From: Candidatus Binatus sp.
GTDB taxonomy: Bacteria > Desulfobacterota > Binatia > Binatales > Binataceae
DNA length: 64,000 bases
Reading direction: 5' to 3'
NCBI RefSeq assembly: GCF_050013435.1
Contig: NZ_JBEKFG010000004.1
Coordinates: 12,967-76,966 of the forward strand
The notes below the pieces were generated by a model. That model ran no database searches, had not been told where the DNA came from, and saw nothing but the letters and a program-made list of their open reading frames with translations. Shown piece by piece: positions 1 to 8,842 of this stretch. The position numbers and the translations under genes were made by a program. Within the stretch, counting starts at the first letter, position 1; every line of letters begins with the position of its first letter.

Positions 1-740
1 TCGCATTCGCGCCCAACGCGACCGGCGCGCACAAAGCAACGCTACAGGTCTTCGATAACGCCGCCACGAACCCCCAGACCGTGGCGCTCAGCGGCACCGG
101 CATTGCGGGTCTGACCACCTCGAAGAGCAGCCTGGTATTCGGGAGCGTGAAGTTCGGCGCTAAGCAGGTGAAGTCCTTCAGTGTGACGAATCATCAAACT
201 CAGCCGGTGGCGCTGAGCGAAAGTATCGGCGGGATCAACGCCGCCGATTTCTCGATTACCGGCGGTTCCTGCGCTGCGACTCTGGCCGCCAGGACGGAGT
301 GCGCGATAATCGTGACGTTCACCCCGGGCGCTCTGGGAACGGAATCGGCGACGCTGATGGTCTCTGACAGTCCCGATCCGCTCAGTCCCTACACCGTCAC
401 GCTCAGCACCGGACCGACGATCCCGGCAAGGGTCACGCCGGTCACGCTTGGGTATGGCACGCTGACAAAAAAGAGACTCTCGAAGACCAGGACCGTGACG
501 ATCGGCGACCTGCCGCGATCCCCGCTAGCCTTAGGCGCAACTATCACCGGCGCAAATGGCGACTTCAAAGTGACCGGCGGTACCTGCGGCGCGACGCAAA
601 CGGCAGGCTCATCGTGCACGATCGCGGTGACGTTTAGACCCACGGGCGGCGGATCGGCCGAGAGCGCCAGCATGGCGGTGAACCTCAGCGGTGACCCCAC
701 CAGCCCGCACGCGGTGACCTTGACGGGCACCGGCACGTAG
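1..740 (+). CDS. C-terminal fragment (5' truncated at window edge) of a large secreted protein with repeated Ig-like choice-of-anchor-D/ASPM-type domains
   Basis: Open frame runs to position 1 with no stop. Repeated units of the form 'LSGTG..V.FG.V..G..K...VTN.G..PL.L....G.....F.VTGG.C...LA....C...VTFTP...G...A.L.V.D.P.SP..V.LSGTG', the same domain type as the C-termini of the 1064..4810 and 51484..54132 proteins. Confidence 0.6.
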   Translation, partial: AFAPNATGAHKATLQVFDNAATNPQTVALSGTGIAGLTTSKSSLVFGSVKFGAKQVKSFSVTNHQTQPVALSESIGGINAADFSITGGSCAATLAARTECAIIVTFTPGALGTESATLMVSDSPDPLSPYTVTLSTGPTIPARVTPVTLGYGTLTKKRLSKTRTVTIGDLPRSPLALGATITGANGDFKVTGGTCGATQTAGSSCTIAVTFRPTGGGSAESASMAVNLSGDPTSPHAVTLTGTGT

Positions 741-1063
741 CTCACTCGTCCCCCCCGCCAAATCTCAAAGCTTAGGCCGACACCCTGCTGCGCGGGGCGC
801 ACTGTTGCAGAAATGTGCCATTGCGGATGTATCGGGGCTGCTACGCGGCCATCCGGCGTAGTGATTCTCAGCACAATTTCACGGCATAAGAGTTGCTCCT
901 ACACTGTTTGGCCTAATTTTGCACACTTTCGCCTAAGTCGTTGTATTCAGAAACGTCGGTTTATTTATTGTCTGCTTAGGGATGGATTTGCGATGAACCG
1001 CATGCGTGGCCATGAATGTGGTCAAGTCCCAGCGTTAACCGCCGCTTTCCCAGGGGAATCGTA

Positions 1064-4000
1064 ATGCCTAAATCTGCACTTTGGAAACTCACAGCGCCGT
1101 GCCTGCTGATCATCGCCGCCGCCCTGGCGACTGCGTCCGTCACGGGCGACAACGCCAACATTGTGCTCGGCCAGGGCAACTTCACATATAACACCGCCAA
1201 TCCTCCCGACGCGCACAAACTTTCTTCTCCTCAGGGGGTTGCGGTCGATGCCAGTGGCCACCTTTATATCGCAGACACCGCCAACTCGAGGGTGCTGGGC
1301 TGGAGGGACGAGACGGCTTTCACCAATGGTTCTTCGGCCGACTTGGTTATTGGTCAGCCGGACTTTTTCTCGTTTGCCTCCAACAATGGCGGTGTGAGCG
1401 CGAGCAGCCTCAGCGATCCTTCTGGGGTTGCGGTGGACGGGTCGGGCAACCTCTACGTTGCCGACAAACAGAACAACCGCGTGCTCGAATACAACACGCC
1501 ATTCGGCGGTTCGTTCCCCTCCGCTGGGGGCTCCGCCAGCCTGGTGTTCGGCCAGGCAGACAGCTTTGCTTCGAATACCGCCAATAATGGCGGGCTGAGC
1601 GCGAACAGCCTCAACTATCCCACTGGGGTTGCGGTGGACGCATACGGCCACCTCTACGTCGCCGACTGGATCAACCACCGCGTGCTCGGATACACCTCTC
1701 CGCTTGCCGACACCACCGCCAACCTGGTGTTCGGGCAGGGCGGCAGCTTTACTTCGAATTCCGCGAATAACGGCGGCCTGAGCGCGAACAGCCTGAACTA
1801 TCCCGTTGGGGTTGCGGTGGACTCAAGCGGCGACCTCTACGTCGCGGACAGCCAGAATGACCGCGTCCTCGAATACAACACCCCGGTTATCAGCGGCGCC
1901 ACTGCCGCCAATGCCGTGTTCGGGCAGGGTGGCAGCTTCACTTCGTCGGGCTGCGGCGCGGCGACCGAGAGCAGCCTCTGCCTCCCCTATGGGGTTGCGG
2001 TGGACGGCTCGGGAGACCTCTACGTCGCCGACGAGGACAACAACCGGGTGCTTGAATACAACGCCCCGCTTGCGAACGGTGCCAGCGCTAATTTGGTGTT
2101 TGGGCAGGGCGGCAGCTCCACCTCGCGTGCCTGCAATTACGACACCGGCGTCCTCGTTCCCAGCGCCATCGACCTGTGCGGCCCCTTTGGCATCGCAGTT
2201 GATCCTACCGGCAACCTCTTGGTCGCCGACACCGACAACCACCGCGTGCTCGAATACGATACTCCGCTTGCGCCCAATGCCACTGCCGATGCTGTGCTGG
2301 GGCAGCCTGACTTCTCCCACAAGCAATCAAACTTCGTTGACCTATACTCCCTTTCCAGCCCATACGCGGTCGCGATCGACACAAGCGCAACGCCAAACCA
2401 CCTTTATGTAGCCGACTACTCCAACTCCAGGGTGCTGGCCTGGAACGACGTGGCGACGTTCACCAACGGCACTGCGGCCGACCTGGTCATTGGTCAGCCG
2501 GACCCTTACTCGATTCTCTGCAACGACGGCACCGCACCCGGTGATGTAATTGGACTTGGCGCTGACAGCCTGTGCTACCCATATGGGGTTGCGGTGGACT
2601 CAAGCGGCAACCTCTACGTGGCAGATGGCGGCAACAACCGCGTGCTCGAATACATCACCCCATTCGCCGGTTCGTTCCCCTCCGCTGGAGGGTCCGCCAG
2701 CTTGGTGTTCGGGCAGGGCGGCAGCTTCATCTCGGGTTTGTGCGATTACGACACCACCGATGGCAGCTCCACCGCCAACGACCTGTGTTATCCCTATGGC
2801 GTCGCAGTTGATACTGCCGGCGACCTCTACGTCGCCGACAACGGCAACAGCCGCGTGCTCGAATACAGCGCCCCGCTTACCAATGGCGCCGCCGCCAATC
2901 TGGTGATCGGGCAGGGCGGCAACTTCGCCTCGGATTCGTGCGATTACGACACCGGCGGCGGCACCTCCACCGCCATCGACCTATGCGCCCCCTCTGGGGT
3001 CGCAGTGGACGCAAACGCCGACCTCTACGTCGCCGACAACGGCAACAACCGCGTGCTCGAATACAGCGCCCCGCTTACCAATGGCGCCGCCGCCAATCTG
3101 GTGTTCGGACAGGGCGGCGACTTCGCCTCGGATTCGTGCAATTACGACACCGGCGGCGGCACCTCCACCGCCATCGACCTGTGCGCCCCCTCTGGGGTTA
3201 CGCTGGACTCAACCGGCAACCTCTGGGTCGCCGACCAGTCCAACAGCCGCGTGCTCGAGTACAATACGCCGCTCGCCCCCAACACCACCGCCAATACCGT
3301 CATCGGGCAGGATGCTTTTACTGACAACGACTGCAACCTCGGTGCGGCGAGCGCCAGCGCGGGTAGCCTGTGCTATCCAAGTGGCGCCGCGCTGGGCTCC
3401 GCCGGCCACCTCTACGTCGCCGACACGTCGAACAACCGGGTGCTCGAATACAACGAGCCGCTGAGTACACCATCACCAACCGCCACGCCGACCGCCACGC
3501 CGACGCCGGCGCCGCCTACCATCACGGTAGCTCCTACTTCGCTCTCATTCGGCAAGGTTCCGATAAGCAACTCGGTTACGAAGACTCTGACGGTCCATAA
3601 CACCGGCAAGACCACTTCGCTGGTCATCTCGAGTGCGACCTCGTCCGCCTCTGAATATACCCTAAGCGGCACAGGGACATGCGGTTCGATTCCCGTGACG
3701 GTCGCGCCCAAGTCGTCGTGCACGCTCGCAGTCACATTCACGCCCAACGAGATCGGGGCGCCCGGCGCAACGCTGATGCTCCACGACAACGCCACCGGCA
3801 GCCCACAGACCGTCACGCTCAGCGGCTCAGGCGTGGCCACGATGGCCGTCTCGCCCACCAGCTACGCATTTCCCAGCGAGAAGGACGGCTCCCGCAAGAT
3901 CAAGTCGATCACGGTGCACAACTATCAGAGCACCTCGGTTTCGCTCAGCGAAAGCATGAGCGGGGCCAACGCTGGCGACTTCCAGGTCACAGGCGGCACC

Positions 4001-4810
4001 TGCAGCTCATCGCTGGGCTCCAAGGCGGTCTGTACGCTGATTGTCACTTACTCTCCAACCGCGACGGGTACGGAATCGGCGACCATGACGGTTACCGACA
4101 GCCCCGACCCGCTGGGTCCATACACGGTTTCATTCACCACGGCGGAAACGATTCCGGATTCCATCTCCGCGAAGAAGTTGAACTTCGGCAACGTCGCTCA
4201 GACCGCGTCCAGGACACTGACCATCACGGTGACCAACCTCGCCACCGAGGCGCCGATCACGCTCACCACCCCGACCTTTGGCGGTACCAATCCCTCCGAC
4301 TTCTCGATCTCGAGTAGTAGCGCCACCACCTGCACAGGGTCGCTGGCGGCGGCGTCGAGCTGTACCTACGGGGTGATATTTACACCCAACACCGAAGGCG
4401 CCTTGAGCGGCACGCTTTCAATCGGGGTTGCGCAAGACCCCAATGGCGGTCCGCCCGCGGTCAGCCTGAGCGGAACCGGACTCATACCGATCAAGGTGAA
4501 TCCGTCGAGTCTCTCCTTCGGCACGGTCAAGCAAGGCAAGAAACCGGCCAAGACGGTCACCGTGACCAACAACGGCGGCGCGGCGGTTTCGCTGAGCAAA
4601 AGCATCACCACCGATACCGGTAATCCCGACTTCTCGGTGACGGGCGGGAATTGCGCAGCGTCTCTGGCGGGCGGCGGCACTTCGTGCACCTACACGGTGA
4701 CGTTTGCGCCAAGTCAGACTGGATCGGAAAGTGCCACGCTTGGGGTCAGCGCGGGCGGCGATGGGGCCAGCCCGCATAACGTCAACCTTTCGGGGACTGG
4801 CGGTTCCTGA
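1064..4810 (+). CDS. Giant secreted NHL-repeat beta-propeller protein with Thr/Pro linker and 5 C-terminal Ig-like (choice-of-anchor-D-type) domains
   Basis: Signal peptide MPKSALWKLTAPCLLIIAAALATASVTG with SD AGGGGAA upstream. At least 13 repeats of 'P.GVAVD.SGNLYVAD..NNRVLEY..P' (NHL repeat signature). Linker PSPTATPTATPTPAPPT, then repeated LSGTG-bounded beta-sandwich domains. Confidence 0.75.
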   Translation: MPKSALWKLTAPCLLIIAAALATASVTGDNANIVLGQGNFTYNTANPPDAHKLSSPQGVAVDASGHLYIADTANSRVLGWRDETAFTNGSSADLVIGQPDFFSFASNNGGVSASSLSDPSGVAVDGSGNLYVADKQNNRVLEYNTPFGGSFPSAGGSASLVFGQADSFASNTANNGGLSANSLNYPTGVAVDAYGHLYVADWINHRVLGYTSPLADTTANLVFGQGGSFTSNSANNGGLSANSLNYPVGVAVDSSGDLYVADSQNDRVLEYNTPVISGATAANAVFGQGGSFTSSGCGAATESSLCLPYGVAVDGSGDLYVADEDNNRVLEYNAPLANGASANLVFGQGGSSTSRACNYDTGVLVPSAIDLCGPFGIAVDPTGNLLVADTDNHRVLEYDTPLAPNATADAVLGQPDFSHKQSNFVDLYSLSSPYAVAIDTSATPNHLYVADYSNSRVLAWNDVATFTNGTAADLVIGQPDPYSILCNDGTAPGDVIGLGADSLCYPYGVAVDSSGNLYVADGGNNRVLEYITPFAGSFPSAGGSASLVFGQGGSFISGLCDYDTTDGSSTANDLCYPYGVAVDTAGDLYVADNGNSRVLEYSAPLTNGAAANLVIGQGGNFASDSCDYDTGGGTSTAIDLCAPSGVAVDANADLYVADNGNNRVLEYSAPLTNGAAANLVFGQGGDFASDSCNYDTGGGTSTAIDLCAPSGVTLDSTGNLWVADQSNSRVLEYNTPLAPNTTANTVIGQDAFTDNDCNLGAASASAGSLCYPSGAALGSAGHLYVADTSNNRVLEYNEPLSTPSPTATPTATPTPAPPTITVAPTSLSFGKVPISNSVTKTLTVHNTGKTTSLVISSATSSASEYTLSGTGTCGSIPVTVAPKSSCTLAVTFTPNEIGAPGATLMLHDNATGSPQTVTLSGSGVATMAVSPTSYAFPSEKDGSRKIKSITVHNYQSTSVSLSESMSGANAGDFQVTGGTCSSSLGSKAVCTLIVTYSPTATGTESATMTVTDSPDPLGPYTVSFTTAETIPDSISAKKLNFGNVAQTASRTLTITVTNLATEAPITLTTPTFGGTNPSDFSISSSSATTCTGSLAAASSCTYGVIFTPNTEGALSGTLSIGVAQDPNGGPPAVSLSGTGLIPIKVNPSSLSFGTVKQGKKPAKTVTVTNNGGAAVSLSKSITTDTGNPDFSVTGGNCAASLAGGGTSCTYTVTFAPSQTGSESATLGVSAGGDGASPHNVNLSGTGGS

Positions 4811-4949
4811 GCGCCACGGTGCAGGGGCCCCCGGTCCCTGCACCTGAATGAGGATAAGAATCGGCGCCGCCATGTGATTTGCGCCAGGTGCGGGCGATTC
4901 TCGATTCGGCGTTTATCGCGCGCCCATGGACGAGCGCCCCAAAGGCCTT

Positions 4950-5432
4950 CTACTTCCTGAAATCGATCGGCTGCGGGCAGGCCGAACCGCCGGCGTTGTA
5001 GCCGTAAACCATCTCGCCGCCGAGGTCCGCGCCCGCCGTTATCAAACCCATGACTGCGATCAGACCGGCGAGAAACACGTACCGTCCCCGCGCCGGCATC
5101 GGCCGCGTCAAAAGCGCCCACACCGTCAGCACGCCCGTCACCACCGACGCCGCGACCATCAGATGCTTATGATGCCGCAGCAGGTCGTGGCGGACCGATA
5201 CCGAAACCATCAGGCCGGGCGCCGCATAGAGACCGCTGGCAACCGACGCCGCCGCGCCCAGCGCGCCCAGCACCAGCATCCAGAGCGCGGTCCATTTGAG
5301 CCCTTCGCTCCCGCTAATCGACGCGAGGAAATAAAGCAGCGCCGCGCCATAGAGAAACGCGATCGGAAAATGCACCAGGAGGGGATGGATATTCTGCAGC
5401 TGCGATGCGCCCGGCGCGATGCGCTCTAGCAC
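4950..5432 (-). CDS. DUF2231-family integral membrane protein
   Basis: Four predicted TM helices. The 'HPLLVHFPIAF' motif is typical of DUF2231 proteins. Confidence 0.5.
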   Translation of the reverse strand: MLERIAPGASQLQNIHPLLVHFPIAFLYGAALLYFLASISGSEGLKWTALWMLVLGALGAAASVASGLYAAPGLMVSVSVRHDLLRHHKHLMVAASVVTGVLTVWALLTRPMPARGRYVFLAGLIAVMGLITAGADLGGEMVYGYNAGGSACPQPIDFRK

Positions 5433-5450
5433 GGCGAGGCCTGCCCGCGG

Positions 5451-5831
5451 CTACTTCACTGACTCGACGACGATGTATTCCGTGCCGTTCTTATTGTATT
5501 CCTTGCCGGTCACCGTCACCTCGTCTTCCATATGCTTGATAACGCTGTCGGGAAGCGGCGCCGCATTCTTGTTTGGCAACACGATGTAGGATTTCTCGGT
5601 TCCTTTTTCGATAAGTACCACCGGCGTCCCGCTGGATGCGCATTTGATCGCGCACGCCTTGTGGCCCGCGCCCTTCGCACCCATCGTGCCGTAACAGTAG
5701 GCGTCTTCGAGATTGCCGGTGACCGATTTCTCGCCGCCGTCAGCCGCCAGCACCAGCGGCGCGGTCGCTGCGCCCGCCACTCCGATAGCAACCACGAGTC
5801 CCAGTCCGAATTTCGCGAGTCGATTCATCAT
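5451..5831 (-). CDS. Small secreted hypothetical protein (signal peptide; Cys/Lys-rich core)
   Basis: SD GAGGGGGTG precedes the ATG. N-terminal signal peptide MMNRLAKFGLGLVVAIGVAGAATAPLVLAA. No recognisable family. Confidence 0.45.
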   Translation of the reverse strand: MMNRLAKFGLGLVVAIGVAGAATAPLVLAADGGEKSVTGNLEDAYCYGTMGAKGAGHKACAIKCASSGTPVVLIEKGTEKSYIVLPNKNAAPLPDSVIKHMEDEVTVTGKEYNKNGTEYIVVESVK

Positions 5832-5848
5832 TCACCCCCTCAAAGCGA

Positions 5849-6049
5849 TCAACGCCCGACGATGTGAAGCGAGCAGCGCGCTCCCATCCCGTGGCTGCCG
5901 CCGGAGCAACACGACGCGCTCGGGCAGCATGACTCCTTCTTCTGGCAGCATTCGGGTGTATCCGACGCACGCCTGCCGGTCGTGGAGGACATTCCAAATG
6001 GCGCAACCATCACGGTTGCGAGCAAAGCCATCAGCGCGAGCTTCTTCAT
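5849..6049 (-). CDS. Small secreted cysteine-rich protein (CC/CC/CC motifs), possible metal-binding periplasmic peptide
   Basis: Strong SD AGGAGG 8 nt before ATG (MKKLALMALLATVMVAPF signal peptide). Mature part reads ECCQKKESCCPSASCCSGGSHGMGARCSLH, with 8 Cys, His and Met. Confidence 0.45.
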   Translation of the reverse strand: MKKLALMALLATVMVAPFGMSSTTGRRASDTPECCQKKESCCPSASCCSGGSHGMGARCSLHIVGR

Positions 6050-6112
6050 GATGAAATCCTCCTGAATATTCTGGCCACCGGCAAACCCGGGCTTCACAAT
6101 CGGCGAAATGCA

Positions 6113-6185
6113 ATTCTAGCGGCGATACCAACGTGCTTCAACCGCCGCGCCGCCGTCGCCCCCCGCTGCTGCCGCCGCCACAGGG
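6113..6185. repeat. 75-bp dispersed direct repeat, copy 1 (family B: ..AGCGGCGATACCAACGTGCTTCAACCGCCGCGCCGCCGTCGCCCCC..)
   Basis: Near-identical to 8191..8262 and 10419..10488. Confidence 0.8.
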
Positions 6186-6620
6186 ATAAGGCGCGGCGCA
6201 GAGCGGAGCGGATTTCGGTGATGAGACAGGAGGGAAAGGGCTAAGTGTCTGAAAACTCGCTTGGAAAAGGGTCAGTTTCGGGTGTCTTATGCCAACGCGA
6301 GGCAGAACTGGTCCGTCGCGGCGCGCTGGAAAGCTCTTTGGACTTAAAACCGGGCTCGAACTCTGCGTTTGCGAAGCGCCCGCTGTCGGTGCTAATCCGA
6401 TTCAGGATTGAAGATAGAAATTCCGGATGAATTCCTCGACCGCCATTTCGAGAACGGTCGCGGGTCAAGGCTCATCTCTCATTTCATGCGGGGCTCGCGG
6501 GCTATGCGACCTCAAATTTGAGGCGCATGTAATGCATACGGCAAAAGTCTATCGCGTGGTCGCCGAGGAAATTATCGACAAGTTACTCGCCGAGCGCGCG
6601 CCATTGCAGGAAGAGAAACC

Positions 6621-8048
6621 GTGAGCCGCCGAAAAGCCCTCGTCCTGATCCTCATCTGTTATGTGATCTCGCGCCTGGTTTTCTTCTGGCTGGGCGTCAC
6701 GTTCTGGGGATACTCCATTGGCGATATGCAGGTGCTTGAGCCGATACTGCTCAAACAGCATCTCGTACAAAGTCTATGGTATCTGCATATGCAGCCGCCG
6801 CTTATGAATCTGGCGCTTGGCATATGGATGAAGTTTTTGCCGGACTACGCACCGGCGCTCTGCTTCAAGGTGCTCGGCCTCGGTATCAACCTGTGCATCT
6901 TGTCGGTCATGCTGGACTTGCGCGTGCCGACGCCGTTGGCCCTGTCCGCGACCATCCTTTTCATGCTGAGTCCCGAACAGATCGTCTATGAGAACTGGCT
7001 GTTCAATTCGTGGCCAACTATGTTCCTGCTGACGTTGGCCGCCTGTTGCCTGGCCCGCTTTTTTGTCACGGAGCGCAAGCCATGGGGCGTCGGATGTATC
7101 GTTTCGTTCGGGCTGCTGGTATTCCTCAACACGACGTACCAGATAGTCTGGTTCGGCGCGCTGGTCGGCGCGCTGTATTACTGCGCGCCGGAGTTCAGGC
7201 GGCTGCGCCCCGCGATAGGCTGGACAGGCGGCGCGATCCTGGCGCTCTACCTCAAGAATTTCTTGCTGTTTGGCACATTCGCGACTAGCAGTTGGTTCGG
7301 GATTAACCTGGCGGGCATGACGACCAGTGCGCTGATGGATCAGGATAGGCTCGTGGCGGCTGGCAAGCTACCTGCCTATTCGCTGGGTAGCGAGCTGGAG
7401 CCGCCCAAGGATTACTACGGCGCGGCTGGCCCGGCCACCGGCATACCCGCGCTTGACCGGCGCTTCAAGGAAAACGGCGCTTCTAATTACAACCACCTGG
7501 ACTGGGTCGGCATCGCACGGGAGCGCGCTATCGGCGCGCGGTGGGTATTGCGGCACCGACCTATGGTCTATCTGCGCGAGGTTTGGATGGCGTTTCGCGT
7601 TCAGCTCAGACCCGCGACGTGGTACGGCTATGTGGGAACCATCGCGGATCGCATGCCTTGGTGGCGCGTGTTTTATGAACGACTGATCTTGGCACCCGCC
7701 AGCCGCGAAATTCCGCTAGACCGCGTGCCGGTGCCGTTGGCGTTCGCGGTCGGGTTCCCGCTGATCTGGCTCGTCTCCGGCGTATGGCTATGGAGAGCCA
7801 GCGGGCCGGAGCGTCCGGTGGTGCTGGCTATGTGGCTGACGGTGCTGTACGTCACGGCGACGATTGTGCTTTTCAATGATCGTGAGAATAACCGGCTGCG
7901 CACGCCGATCGATCCCTACTACATCATCCTGGCGGTATTCTTCGCTAATCTGTGCTTCAACGGCATCAAACACACCTGCACTGGTCCCGGCGGTCCCCTT
8001 GCGAAATCTAATTCGCGCGAGCGCGAATGCACCGGAGAATGCCAATAG
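6621..8048 (+). CDS. Polytopic integral membrane protein, possible GT-C-type glycosyltransferase
   Basis: GTG start after GGAAGAG. At least 9 hydrophobic helices plus a C-terminal soluble region. No firm family assignment. Confidence 0.35.
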   Translation: MSRRKALVLILICYVISRLVFFWLGVTFWGYSIGDMQVLEPILLKQHLVQSLWYLHMQPPLMNLALGIWMKFLPDYAPALCFKVLGLGINLCILSVMLDLRVPTPLALSATILFMLSPEQIVYENWLFNSWPTMFLLTLAACCLARFFVTERKPWGVGCIVSFGLLVFLNTTYQIVWFGALVGALYYCAPEFRRLRPAIGWTGGAILALYLKNFLLFGTFATSSWFGINLAGMTTSALMDQDRLVAAGKLPAYSLGSELEPPKDYYGAAGPATGIPALDRRFKENGASNYNHLDWVGIARERAIGARWVLRHRPMVYLREVWMAFRVQLRPATWYGYVGTIADRMPWWRVFYERLILAPASREIPLDRVPVPLAFAVGFPLIWLVSGVWLWRASGPERPVVLAMWLTVLYVTATIVLFNDRENNRLRTPIDPYYIILAVFFANLCFNGIKHTCTGPGGPLAKSNSRERECTGECQ

Positions 8049-8190
8049 CCGCGGCTGACGGCCTGTGGCGATCGCCTCGACGATCCTGGGCGCCAGAAAC
8101 GCCAGTCGCATCTCAACGCCGCTTCATCCGCATCGGGACGAATCGAGCTAGCGCAAGTTCGTTCGGAGTCGCGGCATCACGCCCTTCATC

Positions 8191-8262
8191 AATTAGTGAA
8201 CGCGAGACTGGCGGCGATACCAACGTGCTTCAACCGCCGCGCCGCCGTCGCCCCCGCCGCTG
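8191..8262. repeat. 75-bp dispersed direct repeat, copy 2 (family B)
   Basis: AATTAGTGAACGCGAGACTGGCGGCGATACCAACGTGCTTCAACCGCCGCGCCGCCGTCGCCCCCGCCGC. Matches copies at 6113 and 10419. Confidence 0.8.
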
Positions 8263-8842
8263 ATGCGCTCGCATACGTCGATCGAGTCGATTTCCTTTGG
8301 CTCGATTTGATTTCGTCACATGGCACACGGCCCGACGCATAGGCGCGGTTTCTCCTGTGAGAATAACCGAGCGGCCGTCGCGCTCCCGCGCGTCGAAAAA
8401 TGCGCTGCATGACGTGCGCGCGCGTAATCTGTTTGGTCAGCACCTTCGCCGAACATCAATGATCGACTGACTTTTCGGACTCGATGAGTGGCCTCGGCTA
8501 TGAGCGCGATCCAAAATTCGGCAAAATTATACTTGCCGTAGCAAGAGCAGGGCGCTAGCACGAGTTGCCGCCGAGGGATTCAGCCCGGGAAAGCTTTGGA
8601 GCCTCTGGGATATGATAACCGCAAACGTTGGGGAGCTTTTCGAGTCATTTAATGTCCTGTCTTCGTTCGCGCAAATATTTATCCTATTTTTAATGGCGTC
8701 GACGCCTGATCAATAGCGTGGACGCACGGTCTACCGGCAGTTTGCACTCCCTACTCGGCGACTATCCGGGCCTTCCGCCCGCACCAAAGTGGGGAAGGAT
8801 TGGGCGTGATGCGGTCTCGTGATCCAGGTTATCGATCAGGCT

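Noticed and set aside
3480-3540. Possible short tandem repeat/CRISPR-like periodicity in ACGCCGACCGCCACGCCGACGCCGGCGCCGCC (also at 53440..53520)
   Set aside because: These are coding Thr/Pro/Ala linker segments of the NHL proteins. There are no spacer-repeat arrays, so it is not CRISPR.
6427-6624. 65-aa ORF immediately upstream of and overlapping the 6621 membrane protein gene
   Set aside because: It could be a coupled leader peptide, but it has no convincing RBS or conservation signal. Left unannotated.
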